Part shown: positions 40,410 to 50,770 of the stretch, one piece after another
Layout of the letters: each line of letters begins with the position of its first letter
Position numbering within the stretch: the first letter of the stretch is position 1
Origin: an uncultured Poribacteria bacterium
GTDB taxonomy: Bacteria > Poribacteria > WGA-4E > WGA-3G
DNA length: 64,000 bases
Assembly: GCA_958296135.2 (NCBI GenBank)
Contig: CATQHZ020000001.1
Location: forward strand, 2,976,001-3,040,000
Direction of reading: 5' to 3'
The notes under the pieces: generated by a model
What the model was told of the DNA's origin: nothing
Databases searched by the model: none
What the model saw: only the letters and a program-made list of their open reading frames with translations
Translations under genes and position numbers: made by a program

Positions 40410-41087
40410 ATGCACAGAGTAAACAAAGGTTGGGTTTGTTCCATCATGATTTGCGCGGCGATGCTGCTTCTGCAGCACGGTTTGTCTGGCGGACAACGAT
40501 TCACTATCGCGCAGGTTCAGTACAGCGGCGGTGGGGATTGGTACGGAGATGCCACCGTCATCAGCAATTGGTTGCGGCTCCTCCGCGCCCGCGCCGCCAT
40601 TGAAACCGCTGAAGACAGGGTGATTCTGAAACTGACAACTCACACGCTTTATAACTACCCGATGCTTTACCTCGTCGGGCATGGAAATATCCGGCTGACA
40701 GAAAGTGAAGTGGAGATACTTCGGCACTATTTGACGCACGGCGGTTTCCTTTTCGTCAACGACGACTACGGTTTGGACGAGAGTTTTCGGCGCGAAATGC
40801 GGCGCGTGTTTCCGCAGCAGGAGCTGGCCCCTATCCCGAACGCGCATCCGATTTATCACTGCTTCTATGAGTTGCCGGGACTCCCGAAGATTCATGAGCA
40901 CGATTCGGAACCGGCGCAAGGGTTCGGGCTCTTTCACGATGGACGCATGGTAGTTTACTACGTCTACAGTTCGGACATCGGCGATGGCCTTGAGGATGCA
41001 GATGTGCATCCAGAGGATACGCCGGAAGTGCGGGAACTCGCTGCGAAAATGGCGGTGAACATTGCGGTTTATGTCCTTACCCATTAA
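40410..41087 (+). CDS. DUF4159 domain protein
   Basis: YSGGGDWY, YPMLYLVGHG, YLTHGGFLFVND, HPIYHCFY, DIGDG. Confidence 0.85.
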   Translation: MHRVNKGWVCSIMICAAMLLLQHGLSGGQRFTIAQVQYSGGGDWYGDATVISNWLRLLRARAAIETAEDRVILKLTTHTLYNYPMLYLVGHGNIRLTESEVEILRHYLTHGGFLFVNDDYGLDESFRREMRRVFPQQELAPIPNAHPIYHCFYELPGLPKIHEHDSEPAQGFGLFHDGRMVVYYVYSSDIGDGLEDADVHPEDTPEVRELAAKMAVNIAVYVLTH

Positions 41088-41200
41088 CCGGAAAAATGTC
41101 AGGCGAGGGGCAGAATCTCGCTGACGAAGGCTGTCGGGCACTCAGCCGTCAAAAGACAGGCTCTCGCCCCACAAAATCGGCACTATTTTAGGAGAGAAAA

Positions 41201-44200
41201 GTGGAAAAACACACCGTGAATGAGGCATACGAAAAGGTTATCGTCGCAATCCGCGCCGTGAGACGGACGTGGCGATGGCTCATCTTTTCTGAAGGCGTGC
41301 TGATGTGCATCGGCATCCTCGCGTTCGCGATGACAAGCGCGCTCGTCTGTTTTCAGTTACCGCTGCCGCGCTGGATGCGCATGGCAGTTATCGTTTCCTG
41401 TCTCGGTGTCGGCATTTGGACGCTCATCCGATTCATTCTCCGGCCGCTGCTCCGCAAACTGACAGACGCTACGGTAGCATCGCACCTTGAGAAAACCGAG
41501 CCTGCGTCCCAAAGTCGCATTCTCAGTGCAGTGCAACTCAAGGGAACACTAACCGCTAACCGATTCGGGTATGCGCCCGAGTTTGTCGAGCAGTTAATTT
41601 TTGAAACGGCGCGCGAAGTTGAACGGATTCAACCTAAGCAGGTTTTTGCGAGCGAGTATCAGCATATCAAGCGGAACGCAGGGCTGGCCGGGCTCGCAGT
41701 GGGGCTGCTGCTCATCACCCATTTTCTGTGGTTGCCTACCGCTTTCAAAGGGTTCGCGCAAACCTTCCGTGCTATCCCGAAAACACCCCAGGAAGTACTG
41801 CAAGTTCAAATTTCGGACGTTCACCCCGGAGACATCAACATTGAGCGTGGCACGGGTGTGACTATCACGGCGAATGTCAGCGGGCATCTCGGCGCACCGG
41901 TCGCGCTCTATTATCGGATTGGCAATCAAGCTGGAGAAGGCGCGCCTACCGAATGGCACGCGCTGGAGATGCACCGCAGCCCGATTGAAATTCTCTACAG
42001 CATGACGATTGAAAACGTCGATAGGACGTTGCAATACTATATTTCGACAAAAGAGGTTACCTCCGAGCAATATCAGATTACGGTGAACCGTGAGCCGGTT
42101 GTCAAGCAGTTCCAAATTCGGCTCAACTATCCGCCCTACACGCAACTTCCATCGCAAACGCTTGAAGTGAACAACGGCGATATCCACGCGCTCTTCGGGA
42201 CAGAAGTCGTCTTCACCGGCGAGAGCAATAAGCCGCTCGCCTCGGCATTTTTAGACTTTGAGGAAAGCGAGGATGTGCCGTTAGCAATTACAGATGTTCA
42301 GGAATTTGCAGACGCTGGTGAGCCCGAGGCACGGCCAGACACAGGTTTCCCTCGCATCGATGGCACCTTCATCGCGCAGAAAAGTGAAAATTACAGCATA
42401 CGTCTGACAGCTGTTGAAGGTAACCTCACGAACCGCGCCCCGATTCGCTATACCGTCAATGTCATCAAAGATGCCGCACCGGAGGTTGACATCGTTGAGC
42501 CCGCGCGCGACAGCGTGTTAGACGATGCGATGTTCGTGGAACTCAAGGTAGAGGCAACAGACGACTACGGCATCCAAGAAATTCAACTCGTCTATCGGAT
42601 TGAAAGAGAGGACGCAGCAGAGGTGAACGTGCCGCTGCACGCTCCCACCGCGCGCCTCCCGAAGCGGCAGTCCCTGTTTTTGACATACACGTGGGACGTG
42701 GACGCAGTTGGCATGTTTCCCGGCGAGACGCTTGCCTATTACATCCAAGCCCTGGATACCGATAATGTGTCAGGACCGAATGTCGGCAAATCGCTCACCT
42801 ACACGCTCCGCTTCCCATCGCTCTCCGAAATGTATGATGCAATTTCTTCCGAACAGCAAACGGAACAGCACGGCATTGAGGAACTCTTTGACGAACAGGC
42901 GGAAGCCGCTGGTTTGGTAGACACGCTCCTCCATAAAATCCGAAAAAGTCAACAACTGACGCTCAAAGATGAAAACCTGATGCAACAGGTGATGGATACG
43001 CAGCAACAGATTGAGGAGGCCGCGACGCAACTCGTCGAAGATATGAAGCAAACCGCGGCGGAGATGGAAAAGAATCAACTCTTCGACCGGGAGACACTCC
43101 AGAAGTATCAGGAGCTCCAGGAATTGATGGAGGAGGCACTCTCGGAAGAGCATAAGGAACTTTTGAAGAAGTTGTCGGAGGCATTGGCGGAACAAGAGTT
43201 AACCGAGCAGGAGAAGGCGTTGATGGAGGCGAATCTGAATCAAGAGCAGTTCTTGCAACAATTGGAACGCGCGAAATCACTCTATGAACAGCTCCTCCTG
43301 CAACAAGAACTTGAGGCCGCCGCGAAGCAGGCGGAAGCGCTCGCCGAACAACAGCAGCAACTGATGGATACGTTGGAGGCGATTGAAGACGGTTCGCACT
43401 CTCCGCAAGAAGGAAACCCCACGGATACACCGCAAGACTTAGCGCAAAAAGAAGACCGGGTGGGCTCGGAGGTCGCGCAACTTCACGAAAAATTGGACAG
43501 TCTCGGTGCGGATATGGGGAAGTTGGCAGAGAAACAAGACAGTGAAACAATCGGGGCCCCGCCGCAAATCGAGCGGCTCGCCGATGAAATCAAGCGGCTC
43601 AATCAGTTCGCGCAGGCACAGAAACTCACCGAAACGCTCCAAGGCACAAGTGCTAACTTACGAAGCGGGCAAAACCAGCAAGCCCTTCAATCGGGACGAG
43701 AAGCGCAGCAGACGCTTACCGAACTCGCGCAAGGTTTGGATAACGCATTAGAATTCATGGAAGGTGCGAACGCTAATGCGACACAGACAGCGATGCAACA
43801 AGCCGTCTCTAGCGCGCTGCATCTCTCGCACCTCCACGAGAAAGTACTGGAGCAGACGCAAACCTTATCCGCAACCGCAGCAGCAGACCGGCCCGTTGAT
43901 GGAGAAATCAAGCGGATGCAACAACTTGCCGCCGAAGAACTCAGTGCTGCAGAAGGGCTCGACCGGCTCGCAACGCAGCTATGGGAACTCGGCACCCGCC
44001 AGATGGAAGTAGACCCGGGTATTGTCCGCTCCCTCAACGCCTCAAACGACGCGCTTTCTCGCGCAGCACGCGCGTTAGAGGATAGGCAACCAGGGCTCGC
44101 CGTGCCTATCCAACGCGCCGCCCTCGCAGAACTGAACGCAGCAATTTTTCAACTGCTCAATGCCATGGCACAGATGAACCAGCAGATGGGTGCCAGCGGC

Positions 44201-44755
44201 TTAGAGAACATGATGCAGCAGTTGCAACAGCTCGCGCAAAGCCAAGAGCAGCTAAACCAAATGGCACAAAACCTGAGTCAGCAGATGCGGCAACAGGGAC
44301 AAACGCCCGGGCTCCAACAGCTGCTCAAGCAGCTGGCCGGGCAGCAGCAGCTCATCCGCGAGGCAACCGAACGTCTCGCAGAAATGGCAGAGCAGATGGC
44401 GGAGATGCTCGGCAGCCTCGAAGATGTCGCCGAAGAAATGGCGGAAGTTGAGAAGTCCCTCCAACAAGGTGAACTCAACCGGCAGGTGCTTGATAGACAA
44501 GAGCAAATTCTGACGCGCATGCTTGACAGCCTGAAATCGTTGCAGAAACGGGATGTGGGCAAACAACGGAAAGCGCAGGTGGCGAAAAAGCCATCGGCTC
44601 CAGCACGAGAAGTACCGCCGTTGCATCCGGCACTGCTCGAAATCGTGCGGAAGTTAGAGACTTCGCCGAACGCGACTGAGATGGAAAATATCCCCTTTCA
44701 ATATCGCGAACAACTTCGGCAGTATTTCAAAGCACTTTCACAGAAGACCCGGTAG
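41201..44755 (+). CDS. DUF4175-like membrane/coiled-coil protein
   Basis: TM segments, YPPYT, ATDDYGI, Q-rich coiled coil, IPFQYREQLRQYFKAL. Confidence 0.75.
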   Translation: MEKHTVNEAYEKVIVAIRAVRRTWRWLIFSEGVLMCIGILAFAMTSALVCFQLPLPRWMRMAVIVSCLGVGIWTLIRFILRPLLRKLTDATVASHLEKTEPASQSRILSAVQLKGTLTANRFGYAPEFVEQLIFETAREVERIQPKQVFASEYQHIKRNAGLAGLAVGLLLITHFLWLPTAFKGFAQTFRAIPKTPQEVLQVQISDVHPGDINIERGTGVTITANVSGHLGAPVALYYRIGNQAGEGAPTEWHALEMHRSPIEILYSMTIENVDRTLQYYISTKEVTSEQYQITVNREPVVKQFQIRLNYPPYTQLPSQTLEVNNGDIHALFGTEVVFTGESNKPLASAFLDFEESEDVPLAITDVQEFADAGEPEARPDTGFPRIDGTFIAQKSENYSIRLTAVEGNLTNRAPIRYTVNVIKDAAPEVDIVEPARDSVLDDAMFVELKVEATDDYGIQEIQLVYRIEREDAAEVNVPLHAPTARLPKRQSLFLTYTWDVDAVGMFPGETLAYYIQALDTDNVSGPNVGKSLTYTLRFPSLSEMYDAISSEQQTEQHGIEELFDEQAEAAGLVDTLLHKIRKSQQLTLKDENLMQQVMDTQQQIEEAATQLVEDMKQTAAEMEKNQLFDRETLQKYQELQELMEEALSEEHKELLKKLSEALAEQELTEQEKALMEANLNQEQFLQQLERAKSLYEQLLLQQELEAAAKQAEALAEQQQQLMDTLEAIEDGSHSPQEGNPTDTPQDLAQKEDRVGSEVAQLHEKLDSLGADMGKLAEKQDSETIGAPPQIERLADEIKRLNQFAQAQKLTETLQGTSANLRSGQNQQALQSGREAQQTLTELAQGLDNALEFMEGANANATQTAMQQAVSSALHLSHLHEKVLEQTQTLSATAAADRPVDGEIKRMQQLAAEELSAAEGLDRLATQLWELGTRQMEVDPGIVRSLNASNDALSRAARALEDRQPGLAVPIQRAALAELNAAIFQLLNAMAQMNQQMGASGLENMMQQLQQLAQSQEQLNQMAQNLSQQMRQQGQTPGLQQLLKQLAGQQQLIREATERLAEMAEQMAEMLGSLEDVAEEMAEVEKSLQQGELNRQVLDRQEQILTRMLDSLKSLQKRDVGKQRKAQVAKKPSAPAREVPPLHPALLEIVRKLETSPNATEMENIPFQYREQLRQYFKALSQKTR

Positions 44756-46207
44756 ACGCGGTTTCTAACCGCGCACGGCAAAACCCGGCGAGCACGTTCC
44801 CAAACGGCCCCTCTTCACCGTAGCGCGAGGTCCTGTGCCTCGCGATCGCTCTCGCACCGAGAACGCCCTCTTCACCGTAGCGCGAGGGCCTGTGCCTCGC
44901 GATCGCTCTCGCACCGAGAACGCCCGCAGCCCCATAGCGCCAGGGAAAACATGGCCCCCGCGATCCAAACGGCCCCTCTTTACCGTAGCGCGAGGTCCTG
45001 TGCCTCGCGATCGCTCTCGCACCGAGAACGTCCGCAGCCCCGCAGCGCGAGGGAAAACATGGCCCTCGCGATCGATGCATGGCGCGGCACAGGACCGCGC
45101 CCTACGGACTCAGGCGCATTTTCACCGTAGCGCGAGGTCCTGTGCCTCGCGATCGCTCTCGCACCGAGAACGCCCGCAGCCCCATAGCGCCAGGGAAAAC
45201 ATGGCCCCCGCGATCCAAACGGCCCCTTTTCACCGTAGCGCGAGGTCCTGTGCCTCGCGATCGCTCTCGCACCGAGAACGCCCGCAGCCCCATAGCACCA
45301 GGGAAAACATGGCCCTCGCAATCGATGCATGGCGCGGCACAGGACCGCGCCCTACGGACTAAGCGCCTTTTCACCGTAGCGCGAGGTCCTGTGCCTCGCG
45401 ATCGCTCTCACGCCGAGAACGCCCGCAGCCCCATAGCGCCAGGGAAAACATGGCCCCCGCGATCCAAACGGCCCCTCTTTACCGTAGCGCGAGGGCCTGT
45501 CCCTCGCGATCTCTCTCGCACCGAGAACGCCCGCAGCCCCGTAGCGCGAGGGAAAACATGGCCCTCGCGATCGATGCATGGCGCGGCACAGGACCGCGCC
45601 CTACGGACTAAGGCCCCTTTTCACCGTAGCGCGAGGGCCTGTGCCTCGCGATCTCTCTCGCACCGAGAACGCCCGCAGCCCCGCAGCGCGAGGGAAAACA
45701 TGGCCCCCGCGATCCAAACGGCCCCTCTTTACCGTAGCGCGAGGTCCTGTGCCTCGCGATCGCTCTCGCACCGAGAACGCCCGCAGCCCCGTAGCGCGAG
45801 GGAAAACATGGCCCTCGCGATCGATGCATGGCGCGGCACAGGACCGCGCCCTACGGACTAAGCCCCCTTTTCACCGTAGCGCGAGGGCCTGTGCCTCGCG
45901 ATCGCTCTCGCACCGAGAACGCCCGCAGCCCCATAGCGCCTGGGAAAACATGGCCCCCGCGATCGATGCATGGCGCGGCACAGGACCGCGCCCTACGGAC
46001 GAAGAAGCATTTTCACCGTAGCGCGAGGTCCTGTGCCTCGCGATCGCTCTCACGCCGAGAACGCCCGCAGCCCCATAGCGCCAGGGAAAACATGGCCCCC
46101 GCGTTCCCAAACGGCCCCTTTTCACCGTAGCGCGAGGGCCTGTCCCTCGCGATCTCTCTCGCACCGAGAACGCCCGCAGCCCCATAGCGCGAGGGCACCC
46201 CTCGCGA
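44752..46207. repeat. Large BIME-like array of GTAG-REP modules (~1.45 kb, ~250-bp higher-order unit)
   Basis: Repeated TTCACCGTAGCGCGAGG(T/G)CCTGT(G/C)CCTCGCGATC..., AGGGAAAACATGGCCC and inverted GGCGCGGCACAGGACCGCGCCCTAC. Confidence 0.92.
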
Positions 46208-46240
46208 ATCGTTTTTTGTGCATTTTTTTTGCATTTTAAC

Positions 46241-46269
46241 TTGACTTTGCCCCAAAAATGTGTTATAAT
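46241..46269 (+). promoter_or_regulatory. Sigma70-like promoter of the ankyrin gene
   Basis: TTGACT-17bp-TGtTATAAT. Confidence 0.65.
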
Positions 46270-46385
46270 TAATACATGAATTACTGAAAAGCGCATTTTT
46301 AACGCAATCTTTCACAGAACCGCGCCAAACGCTCGCGCAAACACGCGAACTAGAATGCACGATTACAGGACTTTAGAGACACACG

Positions 46386-47969
46386 ATGAAAATACGAAAC
46401 CTCCTCCGACAACCCGCATCGGACACGACGCTCTTCTTCTGCTGCCTCTGCGCCGTCCTCGGCGGCATTATCCTCCACAACGCAAACAAACAGGCTGACA
46501 GCTTTATCACCATCGCCCACGATGAGCCGGAACGTTTCGTCAATGGCAAGAATCTCTTGATCAAGAGGGTGCACGAAGACAGCTGGGACATCGCCTACGG
46601 ATTTCACGACGATTGCCCCGCCAGTGAAAAAACCGAGGAGAACCTCGCTATCATCCGCGAAGCCTTGGAAAAAGCAATCAGAATGTGGTTAGCTCCTCTA
46701 CGGGAAATCAGCGATAAACCGATTGTCGATAAGTTCAATTTTTATGGTCGTGGCCATAAGCCCTATCACATCTATGCCAATTTTACATGTGTTTTTGGCA
46801 GATCGTATGCTGACAGAAACTCGAGGGCAATTGTCATGAAAAAAGCACATTGGGGGCAACCTATCTCTCCAGACCTGCCTTATCGCTTAAGTTCTCTATT
46901 GCATGAACTTGGACACACTTTCGATCTCGCCGATACCTACGCAGCTGCGGAGCGGGGGGAAAGCTTTGTCAGCACCGGTAACCTCAGTAATACCAGGGGC
47001 AAACACGCCTACTCGGTTATGTCCTCAGTGTATTGCAAAGGAGGCGACATCTGTGATGATGACAAAAAGGCTATGCAGTGGCTGTACCGCTATCACTACG
47101 AGGGACTCGATCCCACAAACTGCCCGCCGGACTATGTCTACGATGAACTCCCCGAAGGCGATCGGCAAATCGGTGGCTGTGTTCCCCGGCAACCGCTGAT
47201 TTTTGAGGCTCGGCAGGGACATATCAGCCTTGTGCAACGGATGGTCAAAGAAAACAAAAACCTACTGATCAACGAACAGGACAGAGATGGCAATACAGCT
47301 TTACATCATTTGTCCACATATCTCAACGTTCATGGAAGAGACACGTTAGCAAAGACGCTACAGATGTTCTTCGATTACCCCGGTCCCGGCATTGACATCA
47401 ATATCAAAAACAACGCCCAGAGTGGCGGCAATACCGCCCTGCACCTCGCGGTGGTGCTCAATAACCATACGATGGTCAGAGTTTTACTCGCAGTCACAGG
47501 CGTTGAACTCAACGCCCGCAATACCCTCGGCATGACCCCCTTACACTACGCGGCAAAGCGTGGAGATGTCGAAAGTGCCAAACTCCTGCTGGCGCATTCA
47601 AACATCAACCCGAATCTCCGCACGGAGGCAGGGCTCACCGCCTTGCAGATTGCGCAGCGGCGCGATGACATCAACGCAGTCCTCGCCGCCTGGGCAGCGG
47701 AGACAGAGCCGGACTTCGTCCCGTCGCCGTCGGAGTTACAGCAGCGCCGTGCTGAGATCGCCGCGTTGTTGCGCGCGCATCCGCGGATAATCCTACCGGC
47801 AGCATCAGACATCAACGGCGATGGCATTGTGAACATCTTAGACCTCGTGAAGATTGCCAATGTGTTCGGGCATCCCTTCGATGGCCCAGAGGATGTCAAC
47901 GGCGATGGCATTGTAAACATCTTAGATTTAGTGTGGGTATCCGGCGCGTTTGGGCAGGCGGCGGACTAA
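46386..47969 (+). CDS. Secreted zinc-metallopeptidase/ankyrin-repeat/dockerin protein
   Basis: HELGHTFDL and SVM turn; GNTALH, GMTPLH, GLTAL ankyrins; DINGDGIVNILDLV x2. Confidence 0.85.
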   Translation: MKIRNLLRQPASDTTLFFCCLCAVLGGIILHNANKQADSFITIAHDEPERFVNGKNLLIKRVHEDSWDIAYGFHDDCPASEKTEENLAIIREALEKAIRMWLAPLREISDKPIVDKFNFYGRGHKPYHIYANFTCVFGRSYADRNSRAIVMKKAHWGQPISPDLPYRLSSLLHELGHTFDLADTYAAAERGESFVSTGNLSNTRGKHAYSVMSSVYCKGGDICDDDKKAMQWLYRYHYEGLDPTNCPPDYVYDELPEGDRQIGGCVPRQPLIFEARQGHISLVQRMVKENKNLLINEQDRDGNTALHHLSTYLNVHGRDTLAKTLQMFFDYPGPGIDINIKNNAQSGGNTALHLAVVLNNHTMVRVLLAVTGVELNARNTLGMTPLHYAAKRGDVESAKLLLAHSNINPNLRTEAGLTALQIAQRRDDINAVLAAWAAETEPDFVPSPSELQQRRAEIAALLRAHPRIILPAASDINGDGIVNILDLVKIANVFGHPFDGPEDVNGDGIVNILDLVWVSGAFGQAAD

Positions 47970-47996
47970 AAAAACCTGTCCCTCGATGCTCCGTTG

Positions 47997-48969
47997 TAGG
48001 AGAGACCCCTGGTCTCGATGCCTTCTCCCTTTTCACCGTAGCGCGAGGTCCTGTGCCTCGCGATCGCTCTCGCACCGAGAACGCCCGCAGCCCCGTAGCG
48101 CGAGGGCCTGTCCCTCGCGATCCACCGACCGCACCAAACGGCCCCCTTTCACCCTCGCGATCGATGCATGGCGCGGCACAGGACCGCGCCCTACGGGAAC
48201 GGAAGGGGCTCGTGGAGATCGATGCATGGCGCGGCACAGGACCGCGCCCTACGGGAACGGAAGGGGCGCGTGGCGAGGGAAAACCCGGCGAGCGCGTTCC
48301 CAAACGGCCCCTCTTTACCGTAGCGCGAGGGCCGTCACGCCGAAACGTTGTCATCTCTGCAGCCCCGCTGCAGAGATGTCCACTGTCCCTCGCGATCGGT
48401 GCATGGCGCGGCACAGGACCGCGCCCTACGGTAAGGGAAGGGGCGCGTGGCGAGGGAAAACCCGGCGAGCGCGTTCCCAAACGGCCCCTTTTCACCGTAG
48501 CGCGAGGGCCTGTCCCTCGCGATCGTCCGACCAACAAGAAAGGCCCCTTTTTCCCATCGCGCGAAGAATCGTTCGCGCAAAGCATGCGCGGCACAGGACC
48601 GCGCCCTACGGGAACGGAAGGGGCTCGTGGAGATCGAGAGACCGCGAGGCACAGGACCTCGCGCTACGGGCCGCGGACGGTTTTGCCGCGCGCGTGAGAC
48701 CGCGAGGCACAGGACCTCGCGCTACGGGCCGCGGACGGTTTTGCCGCGCGCGTGAGACCGCGAGGCACAGGACCTCGCGCTACGGGCCGCGGACGGTTTT
48801 GCCGCGCGCGAGAGACCGCGAGGCACAGGACCTCGCGCTACGGGCCGCGGACGGTTTTGCCGCGCGCGTGAGATCGCGAGGCACAGGACCTCGCGCTACG
48901 GGCCGCGGACGGTTTTGCCGCGCGCGTGAGACCGCGAGGGACAGGCCCTCGCGCTACGGACCGCGGACG
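47997..48969. repeat. Second REP array, including ~6 x 58-bp tandem units (48638-48969) in reverse orientation
   Basis: GAGACCGCGAGGCACAGGACCTCGCGCTACGGGCCGCGGACGGTTTTGCCGCGCGCGT at 48638, 48696, 48754, 48812, 48870, 48928. Confidence 0.92.
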
Positions 48970-49024
48970 CGCCAGCACAAGACCGCGCTCTACCGGATAA
49001 AAGGAAGGCGGAAACAGATAAAAC

Positions 49025-50695
49025 ATGCGTATCAACCACGCACTAGCCATAGGGGCAATCCTCATTTTTGGCACCATAATGTGCGCGCCCGCGTTTGCGC
49101 TCACCGATGAAGAAATAGCCGCAAAACTGGAGCGGATGTCCATAGAGGAAAAGGTGGGGCAGCTGCTCATCGTCGGCATTGGCGGCAAACAGGTGAGCCA
49201 AGTCGCCAGAGCCCATATCACTAAACGCTTTGCCGGCGGCATTATCCTTTTCGGACGGAACATCCAGTCCCCGCAGCAGGTCGCGAGGTTAACGATGGCG
49301 CTCCAGCAGGTTGCGCAGCAAACACCGAATGCCATCCCGCTGTTCATCGCGCTCGACCAGGAGGGAGGAATTGTCGCGCGATTGAAAAAAGGCGTAACCG
49401 TTTTCCCCGGCAACCTCGCTTTAGGTGCAACGCGCTCAGAACGCCTCGCCGAAAAAGCCGGGGAAATCACCGCGATTGAATTAGCCGCTGTCGGAGTGAA
49501 CCTCAACTTCGCGCCAGTGATGGATATTAACACCAATCCGCGCAATCCTGTCATCGGTGTTCGCGCTTACGGCGAATCTCCCATGCTCGTCTCGCAGTTA
49601 GGCACCGCCTACATCCGCGGCTTGCAAGCAAACGGCGTGCTCGCCACCGCCAAACATTTTCCCGGACACGGGGATACGCACCTCGATTCTCACAAAAAAC
49701 TGCCCACCGTCAGACACGACAAGGAACGGATGGACACCGTTGAACTCGCGCCATTTCGGGCCGCGATTCGGGCGCGGGTTGCCGCGATTATGTCGGCGCA
49801 TATCCTCTATCCTCTGCTTGATGCAGACACCCCGGCGACGCTATCGCATCGCATTCTGACCGGGGTCCTTCGCGAACAACTCGGATTTGAAGGACTCATC
49901 ATCACCGATGACCTGGAAATGCAAGCAATCGACGCGCATTACCAGACCGGCAATGCCGCTGTCATGGCGATTCAAGCCGGGGCGGATATCGTGATGGTGC
50001 CGTGGACGCTTAAAAAGCAGCAGCAGGCATACAACGCGCTCCGGAATGCAGTCACGCGTGGAGATATTTCAAGAAACCGCCTCAACGAATCCGTGCGGCG
50101 CATTTTAAAGGCGAAAAGCGAATTCGGGATGTTTAAACCACGGGCGGGAGGAACAATCTCTGCGCGCGACTTGGGAAACCCGCGGCACTTAGAAATCGCG
50201 CAAACCATCGCGACGCAAGCGATAACCGTCGTCAAAAACAGTGATGCGATACTGCCACTGAACGCCGAATCTCGGAAACCTGTCATGCTCATCAGTGCCT
50301 CGCGCTTGTTTGCGAATGCATTCCTGAAGGCGCACACCGATACAGCGCACATTTCGCACGTTAAGATTCCAAAACAACTTGACGCGGCGCAATTGCTACC
50401 GCAATTGATGCGACAGCAGCCATCTGTCATTGTGGCAGGGATTACCAACGCGCAGCAGGCAGAATTGATGCATCAACTAGCGCAAAACACGCAAAACACG
50501 CAAGACACACTGACACCTATCGTCGTGGTTTCGCTTGCGTCGCCGTATCTGTTGGGACACTGTCCCGATGTTGCCGCCGCGCTCGCCGCCTACGATGGGA
50601 ATTACTACTCCGCGCTCGCCGCTGTGGAAGTTATATTCGGAAAGCAGCAGGCGACAGGAAAGTTGCCCGTTACAATTCCGCCTCGCGTTCCGTAG
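49025..50695 (+). CDS. nagZ: Beta-N-acetylhexosaminidase (GH3)
   Basis: DQEGG, NFAPVMD, KHFPGHGDT..DSH, IITDDLEM. Confidence 0.88.
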   Translation: MRINHALAIGAILIFGTIMCAPAFALTDEEIAAKLERMSIEEKVGQLLIVGIGGKQVSQVARAHITKRFAGGIILFGRNIQSPQQVARLTMALQQVAQQTPNAIPLFIALDQEGGIVARLKKGVTVFPGNLALGATRSERLAEKAGEITAIELAAVGVNLNFAPVMDINTNPRNPVIGVRAYGESPMLVSQLGTAYIRGLQANGVLATAKHFPGHGDTHLDSHKKLPTVRHDKERMDTVELAPFRAAIRARVAAIMSAHILYPLLDADTPATLSHRILTGVLREQLGFEGLIITDDLEMQAIDAHYQTGNAAVMAIQAGADIVMVPWTLKKQQQAYNALRNAVTRGDISRNRLNESVRRILKAKSEFGMFKPRAGGTISARDLGNPRHLEIAQTIATQAITVVKNSDAILPLNAESRKPVMLISASRLFANAFLKAHTDTAHISHVKIPKQLDAAQLLPQLMRQQPSVIVAGITNAQQAELMHQLAQNTQNTQDTLTPIVVVSLASPYLLGHCPDVAAALAAYDGNYYSALAAVEVIFGKQQATGKLPVTIPPRVP

Positions 50696-50770
50696 GGGGG
50701 AAGGCCCGGCGATAGCGAATCGCTGAGGGTTTCCCGCGCCGTGCCGAGGCTAAAAACGAAAGGACCAGGA

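Noticed and set aside
44727-46360. ORFs of 70-260 aa in the first array (and 47896-49110 in the second)
   Set aside because: Translations of the repeats in several overlapping frames; no RBS or domain signal.
44752-48969. CRISPR array
   Set aside because: Sequences between repeats are near-identical rather than unique spacers; no cas genes; units are GTAG-REP palindromes.
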